NCBI GenBank assembly: GCA_963743305.1
Contig: CAVUPH010000033.1
Coordinates: 1-64,000 of the forward strand
Source of the DNA: an uncultured delta proteobacterium
Lineage (GTDB): Bacteria; Desulfobacterota; RBG-13-43-22
Length of the DNA stretch: 64,000 bases
Direction of reading: 5' to 3'
Part shown: piece after piece, positions 21,249 through 30,982 of the stretch
Layout of the letters: each line of letters begins with the position of its first letter
How positions within the stretch are numbered: position 1 is the first letter of the stretch
The notes under the pieces: generated by a model
The model's input: the letters and a program-made list of their open reading frames with translations, nothing else
The model's database searches: none
What the model was told of the DNA's origin: nothing
Position numbers and translations under genes: made by a program

Positions 21249-22199
21249 TCAAGATTTTTTTAGCAGGTCAAGTAGTTGGCTCATATCGGCCGGCCAGGGG
21301 GAGGTAAATTCCAACTGGATTTGGGTCCGGGGATGGGAAAAAGCCAATCGGCCGGCATGCAACATTTGGCGGGAAAGTGAACCCAGGCTGATGGACAGAG
21401 CGGGATCCAACCCTTTGAACCCTCCTTTTTTTAACCCATAAAGGGGATCACCCAGGATTGGCAGGCCTAACGCGGCTAAATGGACCCGAATCTGATGGGT
21501 TCGTCCGGTTTTTATTCGTAAGCGAAGTCTATTAATCCCCGGGTGGTATCTTTCCAGGACCAGCCATTCGGTCAGGGCCGCTTTCCCCCGAACCTCATTA
21601 ATGGCCATTTTTTTTCGATCGATGGGGTGCCGGCCGATCGGACGAGTAATGGTTCCCTGTCGCTGGGGGGGAGTTCCCCAGGTTAGAGCTTGATATTCTT
21701 TGAAAATTAGGCCCGATTGAAATAGTTTGGTCAGCGCCTGGTGGCAGGTGTCATTCTTAGCCACAATCAACAAGCCCGAGGTATCCTTATCCAATCGGTG
21801 GACGATCCCGGGGCGAAAGATCCCGCCGGCCGTTGATAGATTTTGCCCGAGATGCAGCAGGGCATGGACCAGGGTCCCTGAATAATTACCCGGAGCCGGA
21901 TGAACCACCAAACCGGCCGGCTTATCGATCACCAGGAGGTCCGAATCCTCGAAAACAATCGAAAGGGGGATCGGTTCGGGTTGTAAGAGAATAGGGTCCG
22001 ATTCCTTCGGGGTTAAGACCACTTGATCTCCGGTTTTTAAACGGTAGCCCGATTTGGCCGGCCGGCTGTTTACGGTAACCCCGCCCTCCTCGCCCCATTT
22101 TTGAATTTGGCTGCGAGAAAAATCAAGCCCCTGGCCGGCTAAAAAGAGGTCTAATCGTTTTCCGGCGTCCGGCCCTTGAATAATGAATTCATAAACCAT
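21249..22199 (-). CDS. RluA/RluD-family pseudouridine synthase
   Basis: S4 domain, KPAGLVVHP, GIVHRLDKDTSG, TGRTHQIRVH. Confidence 0.95.
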   Translation of the reverse strand: MVYEFIIQGPDAGKRLDLFLAGQGLDFSRSQIQKWGEEGGVTVNSRPAKSGYRLKTGDQVVLTPKESDPILLQPEPIPLSIVFEDSDLLVIDKPAGLVVHPAPGNYSGTLVHALLHLGQNLSTAGGIFRPGIVHRLDKDTSGLLIVAKNDTCHQALTKLFQSGLIFKEYQALTWGTPPQRQGTITRPIGRHPIDRKKMAINEVRGKAALTEWLVLERYHPGINRLRLRIKTGRTHQIRVHLAALGLPILGDPLYGLKKGGFKGLDPALSISLGSLSRQMLHAGRLAFSHPRTQIQLEFTSPWPADMSQLLDLLKKS

Positions 22200-22205
22200 A
22201 GGGAA

Positions 22206-22315
22206 CCCTAAATCCGAAATCCGAAACAAGCACGAAGGTCCAAAATCCAAAGGTTCAAAACTAGAACATTTCGGATTTAGGATTTCTAACCAAAAATTTG
22301 AAAATTTTTGGTTAG
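22206..22315. repeat. AAATCCG heptamer-type palindromic repeat plus terminal hairpin
   Basis: aaatccgaaatccgaaac...tttcggatttaggatttc, then ctaaccaaaaatttgaaaatttttggttag. Confidence 0.65.
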
Positions 22316-23313
22316 CTTTTGACTTCGGTGAAAATCATACGGCCGGTTCCGGTTTGCAAGACGCTGGTGACCATGACGTCTTTATTTTGGCCGATGTATT
22401 TTCTGGCATTCTCCACCACCACCATGGTCCCGTCATCCAGGTAAGCGATTCCCTGCCCGGGGGTCTTACCTTCCCGGATGATTTGAACGGCGAGGATTTC
22501 CCCGGGCAGGACCACCGGCTTGAGGGCATTCGCTAGACTGTTTAGGTTGATAACCCGGACACCCTGCAATTCGGCCACCTTATTCAAGTTGAAGTCATTG
22601 GTAACGATGGTGCCGTTCAGTTCCAGGGCCAAGTCTACCAGCTTGGCATCCACGTTGTCCTTGGGGGGGTTGCGGTCGACAATGTGAACATTCAGGGCGG
22701 GCTGGTTTTGGATTTTTTCGATGACTCCCAGGCCTCGTCGGCCTCGGGTTTTCTTAAGGGGGTCCGCTGAATCGGCGATATGGTGTAGCTCCTGGAGCAC
22801 AAATTGGGGAATGATCAAAGTTCCTTGGACGAATCCGGTTTCACAAATATCGGCAATCCGCCCGTCAATGATGACACTGGTGTCGAGCAGATAACGGTTC
22901 AGGTTTCCCGAAGAAGAAAAAGGAAGGCTGCGGGTATTGAAAAAACGGGCCCATTCATCGGTTTTCCCCCCCCCCAACCTCAACCCCAGATACCCGAAGA
23001 GTACACTGAGCAAAAAAAATACCGCAGGAGTAAAAGTCGGATCGGGGAGGAAAATGACCAAAACTTCCAAGGACAATCGGGCCAAGATCAAGGCAAGTAG
23101 TAACCCCAGGCAACTTCCGAACAGCCGCCGTAAGGGGATTCTTCTCAATATTCTATCCAGGGCGAGCATCCCACCGGCCAGCAACAGCCCCAGGAACACT
23201 CCCCCGAGAGCAGCCCAGGGTAGAGCGGTCCGGACCCCGATTTGACGGCCAATCCAATAGCCCGCGAATAGACAGGCTAAGGTCAATAGAGTTGTTGAGA
23301 GGTAATAAGGCAT
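22312..23313 (-). CDS. PIN/TRAM-domain membrane protein (YacL-like)
   Basis: N-terminal TM helices, LLDTSVIIDGRI, TNDFNLNKVA, YLDDGTMVVV; next to carD. Confidence 0.93.
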   Translation of the reverse strand: MPYYLSTTLLTLACLFAGYWIGRQIGVRTALPWAALGGVFLGLLLAGGMLALDRILRRIPLRRLFGSCLGLLLALILARLSLEVLVIFLPDPTFTPAVFFLLSVLFGYLGLRLGGGKTDEWARFFNTRSLPFSSSGNLNRYLLDTSVIIDGRIADICETGFVQGTLIIPQFVLQELHHIADSADPLKKTRGRRGLGVIEKIQNQPALNVHIVDRNPPKDNVDAKLVDLALELNGTIVTNDFNLNKVAELQGVRVINLNSLANALKPVVLPGEILAVQIIREGKTPGQGIAYLDDGTMVVVENARKYIGQNKDVMVTSVLQTGTGRMIFTEVKS

Positions 23314-23516
23314 TCGCTCACCCCCTTCCTGGAAAAGCAGTACTCCGACCGAAGTAAGAGTGAACCGCTAATTTGGAATTAGCCTTTTGAAGGCCCTGAA
23401 AAGAGGAAAAGGGAGCCTGAATCCCCAAGGTGAAGCTCCTGATTATGTTTTAGGAGGGGGAAGAGGTGAAAAATTAAAAGTTTAGGATAAAAGGATTTCG
23501 CCGCCCAATTGAAAGG

Positions 23517-24002
23517 CTAATGCATGAAAATCCGCTGAATATCTTTTTCTACTTTTTCTTCGTTGACTTTTTTGGCGATGGATATTTCCTTGACCAGCAG
23601 GTTCTTAGCCGTATCCAACATCTTACGCTCGCCGAAGGAGAGTTCTTTGTCCACCCGAAGCAGAAAGAGGTCCCGCAATACTTCAGCCACTTCGTACACC
23701 GAGCCGGTCTTTATTTTTTCCATGTACTCACGGTAACGGCGATTCCAGGTCTGATTGTCAAACTCAATGTTTTTAGCCTTTAAGATTTTGAAAATTTTGG
23801 GGACTTCTTCCTCCCGAACAATTTCCCGCAAGCCCACATGTTCGGCATTCTGGGTGGGGATCATGATGACCATGTTATTTTCCAGAATACGCATGATATA
23901 GAAATGTTGATTCTGTCCGTAAAGCTCCTTGGCCTCGATGGACTCGATTCGTCCAACGCCATGGGCCGGGTAAACCGCCAAATCACCTACCCTGAAGATC
24001 AT
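23517..24002 (-). CDS. carD: CarD-family transcriptional regulator
   Basis: FRVGDLAVYPAHGVG, QTWNRRYREYMEKIKTG, LSFGERKML. Confidence 0.95.
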   Translation of the reverse strand: MIFRVGDLAVYPAHGVGRIESIEAKELYGQNQHFYIMRILENNMVIMIPTQNAEHVGLREIVREEEVPKIFKILKAKNIEFDNQTWNRRYREYMEKIKTGSVYEVAEVLRDLFLLRVDKELSFGERKMLDTAKNLLVKEISIAKKVNEEKVEKDIQRIFMH

Positions 24003-24119
24003 GAATCGCCCTCCTTCTAGATTAGTGGACAGATGAATTATAACATAGTTGGGCATCAAAACCAAAATAAAAAAATAGTGAGTTAATCCAATTTGTTAAA
24101 GAGATCAACGGGAAACCGT

Positions 24120-25457
24120 TCAAACCCGGGAAAGAAAAGTCAGGCTTTCCAAATGAAAAGTCTGAGGGAAAAAGTCCAGGGGTATCGTCCATTGAAGTCG
24201 CCATCCTTTTTGGATCAAAAAGGCTAAATCCCGAAAAAGGGTCATGGGTTCACAGGATAGGTAGTATAGGTCGTGGAGGGCCAGAAGATCCACTTGCGGA
24301 AGGATTTCCCAGGCTCCGGTTCGGGGGGGGTCCATAAAGACCACGTTGAATCGCGATTCCTCTCTAAGCAGTTGATTGAGGGCGGAGTAAGCCGAGGCCT
24401 GATGAAAAATACAGTGACTTATTTTATTAACACGTTGATTATATTTGGCATTCTCAACGGCCGGGGCCAGGGACTCCACCCCGATCACTCGTCCGGTCTT
24501 AAGGGCCAGAGGGATGGAAAAATTTCCCTGGCCGCAAAAAAGATCCAAACAGGCGACCTGAGGGCCCCAACAGGGTTGGCTTAATAGAAAGGCGATCAAT
24601 CGCAGGTTCTGGGCCAGGTTGACTTGGGAAAAGACTTGAGGGAAGAAGGTCAATTCCACCTTGCGATCCAGAGGAGTGGTTTCGACCGGAAGCACAACCC
24701 GTTGCCCATGCCGATCGGGGGAAAAGGGATCGAGGCCGAACAGCTTATTTTCCTGGGCCGTTCCAAAAAAGACGGCTTGAATATCAGGAATATCCAGAAG
24801 CATTTCGGTAACCTGCCGGATCGTCCCCTTCGAGGGACGGCGAGGTACCCGAAAGAGAACCAGACCTTTTTCCCCTTCCCCGAGGCATTGGATTTCCAGT
24901 TCCGTCTGTTCGCCCAGAAAAGGAATATCCCGAATCACCCGGGAGAGGCTGACCAGGATGCGGTTGACAGCGGCATTGGCCAGGAAACACCGCTCCACCG
25001 CCACCAATTGGTGGCTTCGGGCCTGAAAAAAGCCCAGACCCGATTGTCGTCCGCGGCCCTGGATCTTCAACCGCAGGCGATGGCGATAATAGAGAGGCTC
25101 GGGAGAATCCCTGAGGGGTTGAATGGGCGGGTCCTCCATTTGGAGCGCGTGCCGGAAGACCTCTCTGAACCCGTTTTCCTTAATCCGTGACTGGACCGAC
25201 GAGGAGGCATGCTGAAGATGGCAACCACCGCAAATCCCAAAGACGGGGCAGGGGGGGGTAACCCGATCCGGCGAAGCTTCCAACACCTTGATCAGCCTTC
25301 CCCGCGAATAGGTCTTCCGGTCCTCCTTTATTTCAATTTCCACGGATTCACCCGGCAAGGTAAAGGGAACAAAAACAATTTTTCCCTCCAGCCTCCCCAG
25401 TCCCTCTCCCTGCATGGAAATGGCGGTTATACGAATAACGGCCATCTCATAATCCAA
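24120..25457 (-). CDS. TrmA/RlmD-family RNA (uracil-5)-methyltransferase
   Basis: TRAM domain, CPVFGICGGC Fe-S motif, FSQVN, LDLFCGQG, MDPPRTG, YLSC, FFPQTFHLE. Confidence 0.9.
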   Translation of the reverse strand: MDYEMAVIRITAISMQGEGLGRLEGKIVFVPFTLPGESVEIEIKEDRKTYSRGRLIKVLEASPDRVTPPCPVFGICGGCHLQHASSSVQSRIKENGFREVFRHALQMEDPPIQPLRDSPEPLYYRHRLRLKIQGRGRQSGLGFFQARSHQLVAVERCFLANAAVNRILVSLSRVIRDIPFLGEQTELEIQCLGEGEKGLVLFRVPRRPSKGTIRQVTEMLLDIPDIQAVFFGTAQENKLFGLDPFSPDRHGQRVVLPVETTPLDRKVELTFFPQVFSQVNLAQNLRLIAFLLSQPCWGPQVACLDLFCGQGNFSIPLALKTGRVIGVESLAPAVENAKYNQRVNKISHCIFHQASAYSALNQLLREESRFNVVFMDPPRTGAWEILPQVDLLALHDLYYLSCEPMTLFRDLAFLIQKGWRLQWTIPLDFFPQTFHLESLTFLSRV

Positions 25458-26115
25458 TCATCCAGACCCAGACCGGGATGGTAAACATGGAAATCAAGGT
25501 GCTCAGCATGATGATGGAGGCGGATACTCCTTTATCCGCACCCAACTCCGAAGCCATGATGTAGGTGACGACGGCCGTTGGGCAGGCCAGCAGGATGACG
25601 GTGAGGCGAAAGTCTAACCCGGTGACCAGTCCATAGCGAAGCAGAAGAACCCCGAACCCGGGGAGGATGATAAGTTTCAATAATGTTCCCAGGATACTGA
25701 AAAAATTCATAAAGGGGATCATAAACCCGGCGAGGACCCCGGCCTTGCTCAAACCCGGGCTGCCGTAGAGGTTATGGGCCAGGGCCAACCCGATGTAGGC
25801 CAGGTTTCCGCGGAAAGATCCCTGGGCCAGAGCGCCCGTTATCGCCCCCCGAAGCCCTAACGTTTTTCCGGTGACCAGGACCAAAAGCCAGATGAAGCCC
25901 ATGGCCCCATACGTAATGATGACCAGTCGGGGATTGAAGCTGCCTTGAAACGGGGCCCGGGAGATTTCCCAGAATACCAATACCGGCAGGAAAACCTGAT
26001 AGACTAATTGGTTAAGAATTTGGACGAAAGCCTCATCAACCTTCGCCGCCATTTTTAAAAAAAAGCCAAGAAAAATGACAGCAAAAATAGGCAGGATGAG
26101 TTCCAATAATGTCAT
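25447..26115 (-). CDS. AEC (auxin efflux carrier) family transporter, internally deleted
   Basis: PIFAVIFLG, RGNLAYIGL, ACPTAVVTYIMA; 222 aa, central NP-containing segment missing. Confidence 0.75.
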   Translation of the reverse strand: MTLLELILPIFAVIFLGFFLKMAAKVDEAFVQILNQLVYQVFLPVLVFWEISRAPFQGSFNPRLVIITYGAMGFIWLLVLVTGKTLGLRGAITGALAQGSFRGNLAYIGLALAHNLYGSPGLSKAGVLAGFMIPFMNFFSILGTLLKLIILPGFGVLLLRYGLVTGLDFRLTVILLACPTAVVTYIMASELGADKGVSASIIMLSTLISMFTIPVWVWMIGL

Positions 26116-26285
26116 AGGCAGGAGATTCCAAAAAAATTTCCCTATTATAACGTCTGGGGTTTGGTAGATCCAGGGTTAAATCCGAGACGATAATATTTGG
26201 TTGACCGCTTTCCTCAAAATATGGTATTTAAACCAGAATTCAAAATCCTCTCTAAATTGATACCCTGAATCTATAATTCAGAAAA

Positions 26286-27233
26286 ATGACTTCCACATTA
26301 ATAGGTCACCCGGATCGGATAGAGCCTTTCCAAAATTTTCTTCGGGTTATTGCCCAAGACAAAGAGACCATGCTCATTTCCGGACCGCTAGGCTCTGGAA
26401 AAAAGAGAACGATCCAATTCTTGATTGAAAATGGAGCCAAGGCCCAGGACCCCGTTTTTTTTATTGAGGGACTTCATTTTTCAGAAGAGGTTTGGAACCG
26501 AGCGCTAACCGCTTTGAGGGAAAGTGGAACATTGGTTCTGGAAGGACTGCAACGACTCCCCTTAGCCGTGCAGTCCCGGTTGAAGGATTGGCTAATCGGT
26601 AATGGACCTTTGTGGGCTGAGAATCAAACTCGGCCCCGGGGATGGAGGGTAATCGGAACCACCAGCGAGGCCCAAAATGTATTTGCTGAATTACTGTTCC
26701 AGTTCCCCTTGCATATTCAACTGCCTTCCTTGAACGAAGTCCTGGAAGATATCCCGTACCACCTGAAATTTTTTCTTAGAGAAAAGCCCATCCGCTATAT
26801 TCGCTACTTTTTTCTCTTAAAAACCACTTGTCATCAATGGGCCGGAAACCTTCGGGAGTTGGAACATTACTTGGAACAAGCCATGGTCTATTACCTTTCC
26901 ATGGCCTTGGTAGCCGGGTTCAAAGGCGGAGAAGAAGTTTTTGGTGAAAAGCGCCTGCGCTATTATCAGGATGTCTTAAAGGGAGAGTGGTGGTATTACC
27001 CCTATCGGTTTCAGTCTGGTTTTACCGAATCCTTGCCACATATTTTGAACCAGACCGATTTCAGGCAGCAATTGATCGACCAAAATCTAGTGATCCCCTT
27101 GCTCGGGGAGGAATCCGGATTTTTGGTGTTGGATTTGAAAGATCCGGAATTTGAGCTCAAGGCGATCCGGATTTATAATTTATTCCAGGAGTTTATGGAA
27201 ACCGCTCAATCAATCAGACAAGGTAGAAAATGA
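26286..27233 (+). CDS. Degenerate sigma54-activator-like AAA protein with an unrecognised C-terminal domain
   Basis: GPLGSGK, GTLVLEG, LPLAVQSRL, LPSLNE..EDIP, WAGNLRELEH; no GAFTGA, no DE, no HTH. Confidence 0.65.
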   Translation: MTSTLIGHPDRIEPFQNFLRVIAQDKETMLISGPLGSGKKRTIQFLIENGAKAQDPVFFIEGLHFSEEVWNRALTALRESGTLVLEGLQRLPLAVQSRLKDWLIGNGPLWAENQTRPRGWRVIGTTSEAQNVFAELLFQFPLHIQLPSLNEVLEDIPYHLKFFLREKPIRYIRYFFLLKTTCHQWAGNLRELEHYLEQAMVYYLSMALVAGFKGGEEVFGEKRLRYYQDVLKGEWWYYPYRFQSGFTESLPHILNQTDFRQQLIDQNLVIPLLGEESGFLVLDLKDPEFELKAIRIYNLFQEFMETAQSIRQGRK

Positions 27234-27895
27234 TGGCGAAAAACGGCAACGGCAACGGTAACGGCAAGGGCAGATCTATGGAGGGAATTTATTCCTTTTA
27301 TTCCCCTTTTTACGATTTAATCTTTGGAAAATCCCTGGAAGCCGGGCGCAGGCTGGCTTTCAAGTATCTCGATCCTTCCGGCCCCAAAAAAGTATTGGAG
27401 GTGGGGATCGGGACCGGTCTGACCTTGCGGCATTACCCCAAATCCTGCCATATCGTCGGGATTGACATTTCCGCCAAAATGATCGAGCGGGCCCGAGAGC
27501 GGGTCGCGCTTCTGGGCAACGGCCATACTATCGACCTGGAGGTCATGGATGCCTGTAATATGACCTTCGAGGATAATTCCTTTGACGCGGTTCTCTCCCC
27601 TTTCGTCATCACTACGGTCAAGGATCCTCAACAATTCTGCCGGGAAATCCTCCGGGTGTGCAAACCCGGCGGGCAAATCATTATCGTCAATCATTCCAAA
27701 GATCCAGACCGCTTATTCGGAAAATTGGAGGCCTGGGCCTCCCCGTTTTTTTCCCGGGTCGGCTTTGTGACCGACTTGGATGTGGTCAGCCTGGTCCGTT
27801 CCACCGAGATCGAAATCCAGCAGATCATTAAGTGCAACCTCTTCAATTTACATAAAATCATCTTGGGGCACAAACCAAAAACCAGCCCTGTTTGA
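27230..27895 (+). CDS. Class I SAM methyltransferase (PmtA phospholipid N-methyltransferase-like)
   Basis: YSPFYDLIFG, VLEVGIGTG, GIDIS, VCKPGGQIIIVNH. Confidence 0.85.
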   Translation: MMAKNGNGNGNGKGRSMEGIYSFYSPFYDLIFGKSLEAGRRLAFKYLDPSGPKKVLEVGIGTGLTLRHYPKSCHIVGIDISAKMIERARERVALLGNGHTIDLEVMDACNMTFEDNSFDAVLSPFVITTVKDPQQFCREILRVCKPGGQIIIVNHSKDPDRLFGKLEAWASPFFSRVGFVTDLDVVSLVRSTEIEIQQIIKCNLFNLHKIILGHKPKTSPV

Positions 27896-27904
27896 TTTTA
27901 TTCT

Positions 27905-29326
27905 ATGATTCAAAAAATATCCAAAAAAGAAGCCGAGGCCTTAGGAAGAAAACTGGCCTATAAAACCCACCTGGTCTGGGATGCCCTGAAGCCCTCGGAG
28001 GAACAAAAGCTTTGGAAACTGGGGGAAGACTATAAAACCTTCCTGGATGCCTCCAAAACTGAAAGAGAGACTGTTGCGGAAATTTCCCGGCTGTTAAAGA
28101 GGGGTGGATTTGATTCGGCCGAGAAGAACCGGGCGGGAAGTCGCGTTTACCAGATTTTTAAAGACAAGGTCCTGGCCCTGGCCGTTTTAGGAAAAGAACC
28201 GCTGACCGCCGGATTGCGCCTGATCGCCTCGCATATCGATGCACCGCGCCTGGACTTGAAGCAGCGCCCCCTCTATGAAGACGTGGACCTGGCTTTTTTC
28301 AAAACCCATTACTATGGGGGAATCAAGAAATATCAGTGGCTGGCCCGCCCGCTGGCCTTGCACGGGACGGTGATGAAAAACAACGGAGAAAAAATTAACC
28401 TGGTCATCGGCGAAAAACCGGATGATCCGGTCTTCACCGTTTCCGACCTGTTGCCTCATCTGGCCAGGAAGGTTCAGATGGATAAAAAGCTTTCCGAGGC
28501 CATAGAGGGAGAAAAATTGAATATCCTTCTCGGAAGTCTGCCCTTAGGACCCCCAGAGGGTAAGGACCGTTTTCGGCTGGCCGTCTTGAAAATTCTTTAC
28601 GACCGTTTTGGGATCGTGGAAGAAGACCTGACCAGTGCTGAATTAGAGGTGGTCCCGGCGGAATCGGCCAGGGATGTGGGTCTGGATCGGGGGGTGGTCG
28701 GCGCCTATGGGCAGGACGACCGCGTCAGCGCTTTTTGCAGTCTCCAGGCCGGCCTGGAGGTTTCGCCGGCCAAGAAAAATATTCTTTTGCTTTTCTTCGA
28801 CAAGGAAGAAATCGGCAGCGAAGGCAATACCAGCGCCCGGTCCCAGCTCATAGAGTTCTCTTTGGAACGCCTGTTTAGTTTAAAAAAAGAACCCTTTTCC
28901 CGGAAGATCCTGGTTCGCACGCTGGCCGAAACCAAGGCGCTGTCGGCCGACGTGGCCGGCGCCCTGGATCCCGATTATCAGGAGGTTCACGAAAAACGGA
29001 ATGCCCCCCGAATGGGGTATGGTCTCTGCCTGACCAAATTCACCGGGTCCGGGGGGAAATACGGTTCCAGCGATGCCAATTCCGAGTACCTGTTTTGGGT
29101 GAGAAGCCTTTTCAATCGCCAGGAAGTGATCTGGCAGACGGGGGAATTAGGCAAAGTGGATGAGGGCGGGGGCGGAACCATCGCCAAATTTTTAGCCGCC
29201 TTGGGGATGGATGTCCTGGACTGCGGGACACCGGTCCTTTCCATGCATTCCCCCTTTGAGCTGGTCAGCAAAGCGGACCTTTTTATGACCTACAAGGGGT
29301 ATAAAGCGTTTCTATCGGCACCCTAA
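27905..29326 (+). CDS. M18-family aminopeptidase
   Basis: SHIDAPRLDLK, HYYGGIKKYQW, GQDD, DKEEIGS, SMHSPFE. Confidence 0.93.
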   Translation: MIQKISKKEAEALGRKLAYKTHLVWDALKPSEEQKLWKLGEDYKTFLDASKTERETVAEISRLLKRGGFDSAEKNRAGSRVYQIFKDKVLALAVLGKEPLTAGLRLIASHIDAPRLDLKQRPLYEDVDLAFFKTHYYGGIKKYQWLARPLALHGTVMKNNGEKINLVIGEKPDDPVFTVSDLLPHLARKVQMDKKLSEAIEGEKLNILLGSLPLGPPEGKDRFRLAVLKILYDRFGIVEEDLTSAELEVVPAESARDVGLDRGVVGAYGQDDRVSAFCSLQAGLEVSPAKKNILLLFFDKEEIGSEGNTSARSQLIEFSLERLFSLKKEPFSRKILVRTLAETKALSADVAGALDPDYQEVHEKRNAPRMGYGLCLTKFTGSGGKYGSSDANSEYLFWVRSLFNRQEVIWQTGELGKVDEGGGGTIAKFLAALGMDVLDCGTPVLSMHSPFELVSKADLFMTYKGYKAFLSAP

Positions 29327-29334
29327 AAACTATA

Positions 29335-29529
29335 AATCCGAAATCCAAAATTCGAAATCCGAAACAAATTCAAATGACCTAAATTCGAAATTAAAAACAC
29401 CTCAACCCTTGAACAGGGGAAGATTCGGGAATCACCCACCTCCCGTCGAGGGAGGGGGAGATGTTTCGGTCATTTGGATTTTGCATATTCGAGTTTGTTT
29501 CGAAATTCGTGCTTCGGATTTCGAAATTG
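29335..29529. repeat. AAATCCG/TTCGAAA heptamer palindromic repeat with a nested CCTCCCGTCGAGGGAGG hairpin
   Basis: aaatccgaaatccaaaattcgaaatccgaaacaaattc...gagtttgtttcgaaattcgtgcttcggatttcg between convergent genes. Confidence 0.7.
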
Positions 29530-29532
29530 CAG

Positions 29533-30906
29533 TTAAAAAAGGGCCGCCAGACACTCTTGAAGAGAAGATACGCCGATTAACCCCATGACCGTCTGCCCGG
29601 GAAGTTGATCTCTGTTATTCTTGGGCAGGAGACAGCGGGTAAACCCCAGCTTTTCCGCTTCCTTAACCCGGACGGGGGCCTGGCTTACGGCCCGAATTTC
29701 ACCGGTCAGGCCCACTTCACCGAAAATAATGGTACTGGAAGGAATCGGGCGATCCAAGAAACTGGAAGCCAGAGAGGCGGCGATCCCCAGGTCCACCGCC
29801 GGTTCATCAATGCGCACCCCTCCGGCTACGTTGACAAAAATATCCAGACCCAGAATATTCAAACCCACCTTTTTTTCCAGGACCGCCAACAGTAAGGATA
29901 CCCGATTGGGGTCCACCCCCATGGCCGTCCGACGGGGGACCCCGAAATTGGATTGGCTGACCAGGGCCTGCAATTCCACCAGAATAGGCCGGGTCCCTTC
30001 CAGGCTGGGCACCACCACCGATCCGGATACGTTCAAGGGCCGCTCGGACAGGAATAGGGAGGAAGGATCCAGGATTTCTTCCAGACCGGTATCCTTCATC
30101 TCAAACACCCCGATTTCATTGGTCGAACCAAAACGGTTTTTGACCGCCCGCAGAATCCGGTAGGCATGACCCCGTTCGCCTTCAAAGTAGAGGACGGTAT
30201 CCACCATATGTTCCAGGACCCGGGGACCGGCCAAGATCCCCTCCTTGGTTACGTGACCGACGATAAACAGGGAGCTGACCGTTTTCTTGGACCAGAGGCT
30301 CAAACGGCCGGCTACTTCCCTGACTTGGGAGACGCTACCTGGGGCGGAGGCCAGGTCCCCGGAATAGATGGTTTGGACGGAATCGATGACCAAAAACCGG
30401 GGTTTAAGTTCCTGCAAGGTCCGAAAAATCTTTTCCAGCGAGGTTTCGGCCAGGACATAAACCGGTCCTTCAGTCACCCCTAAGCGTTCTCCCCGCATCT
30501 TGACCTGGCGGGCGGATTCTTCCCCGGAAATATACAGAGCCGTTCCACCTTCCCGGACCAGGGCGTGCAGGGCCTGGAGCACCAGGGTAGATTTGCCGAT
30601 CCCCGGATCGCCGCCGATCAATATGACCGACCCGGGCACTACCCCGCCGCCCAGGACCCGGTCCAGTTCTTGAATCCCGGTGAGGAAGCGTTCCTCGCTT
30701 TGGCCGGAGATGTCCTTTAACAACCGGGGGGCTTCATCGGGGAAAGAGAAATCTCCACCCAGGACAACGGCCGTTTTGGGGTTGACCCGGACCTCTTCCA
30801 CCAACGTGTTCCAATTTCCGCAGTCCGGGCAGCGTCCCAGCCATTTCGGGCTCTGCGAACCGCAGGACTGGCAAACGAAAACGGTTTTTTCATTTTTTCC
30901 GGGCAT
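29533..30906 (-). CDS. radA: DNA repair protein RadA/Sms
   Basis: CQSC...CPDC Zn finger, GDPGIGKST, KNRFG. Confidence 0.98.
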   Translation of the reverse strand: MPGKNEKTVFVCQSCGSQSPKWLGRCPDCGNWNTLVEEVRVNPKTAVVLGGDFSFPDEAPRLLKDISGQSEERFLTGIQELDRVLGGGVVPGSVILIGGDPGIGKSTLVLQALHALVREGGTALYISGEESARQVKMRGERLGVTEGPVYVLAETSLEKIFRTLQELKPRFLVIDSVQTIYSGDLASAPGSVSQVREVAGRLSLWSKKTVSSLFIVGHVTKEGILAGPRVLEHMVDTVLYFEGERGHAYRILRAVKNRFGSTNEIGVFEMKDTGLEEILDPSSLFLSERPLNVSGSVVVPSLEGTRPILVELQALVSQSNFGVPRRTAMGVDPNRVSLLLAVLEKKVGLNILGLDIFVNVAGGVRIDEPAVDLGIAASLASSFLDRPIPSSTIIFGEVGLTGEIRAVSQAPVRVKEAEKLGFTRCLLPKNNRDQLPGQTVMGLIGVSSLQECLAALF

Positions 30907-30982
30907 TGGCGACCTGAGGGGTAAGGGGGCACATTTTATAACGCCCCCGGTTTTTTTTGATAAGTACTACCCATATATAGTA

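Noticed and set aside
29335-29529. Short tandem heptamers (also ~5170-5205, 17400-17416, 22206-22286, 60400-60490) as a possible CRISPR array
   Set aside because: No constant 25-40-bp repeat with unique spacers and no cas genes; these are palindromic heptamer repeats.
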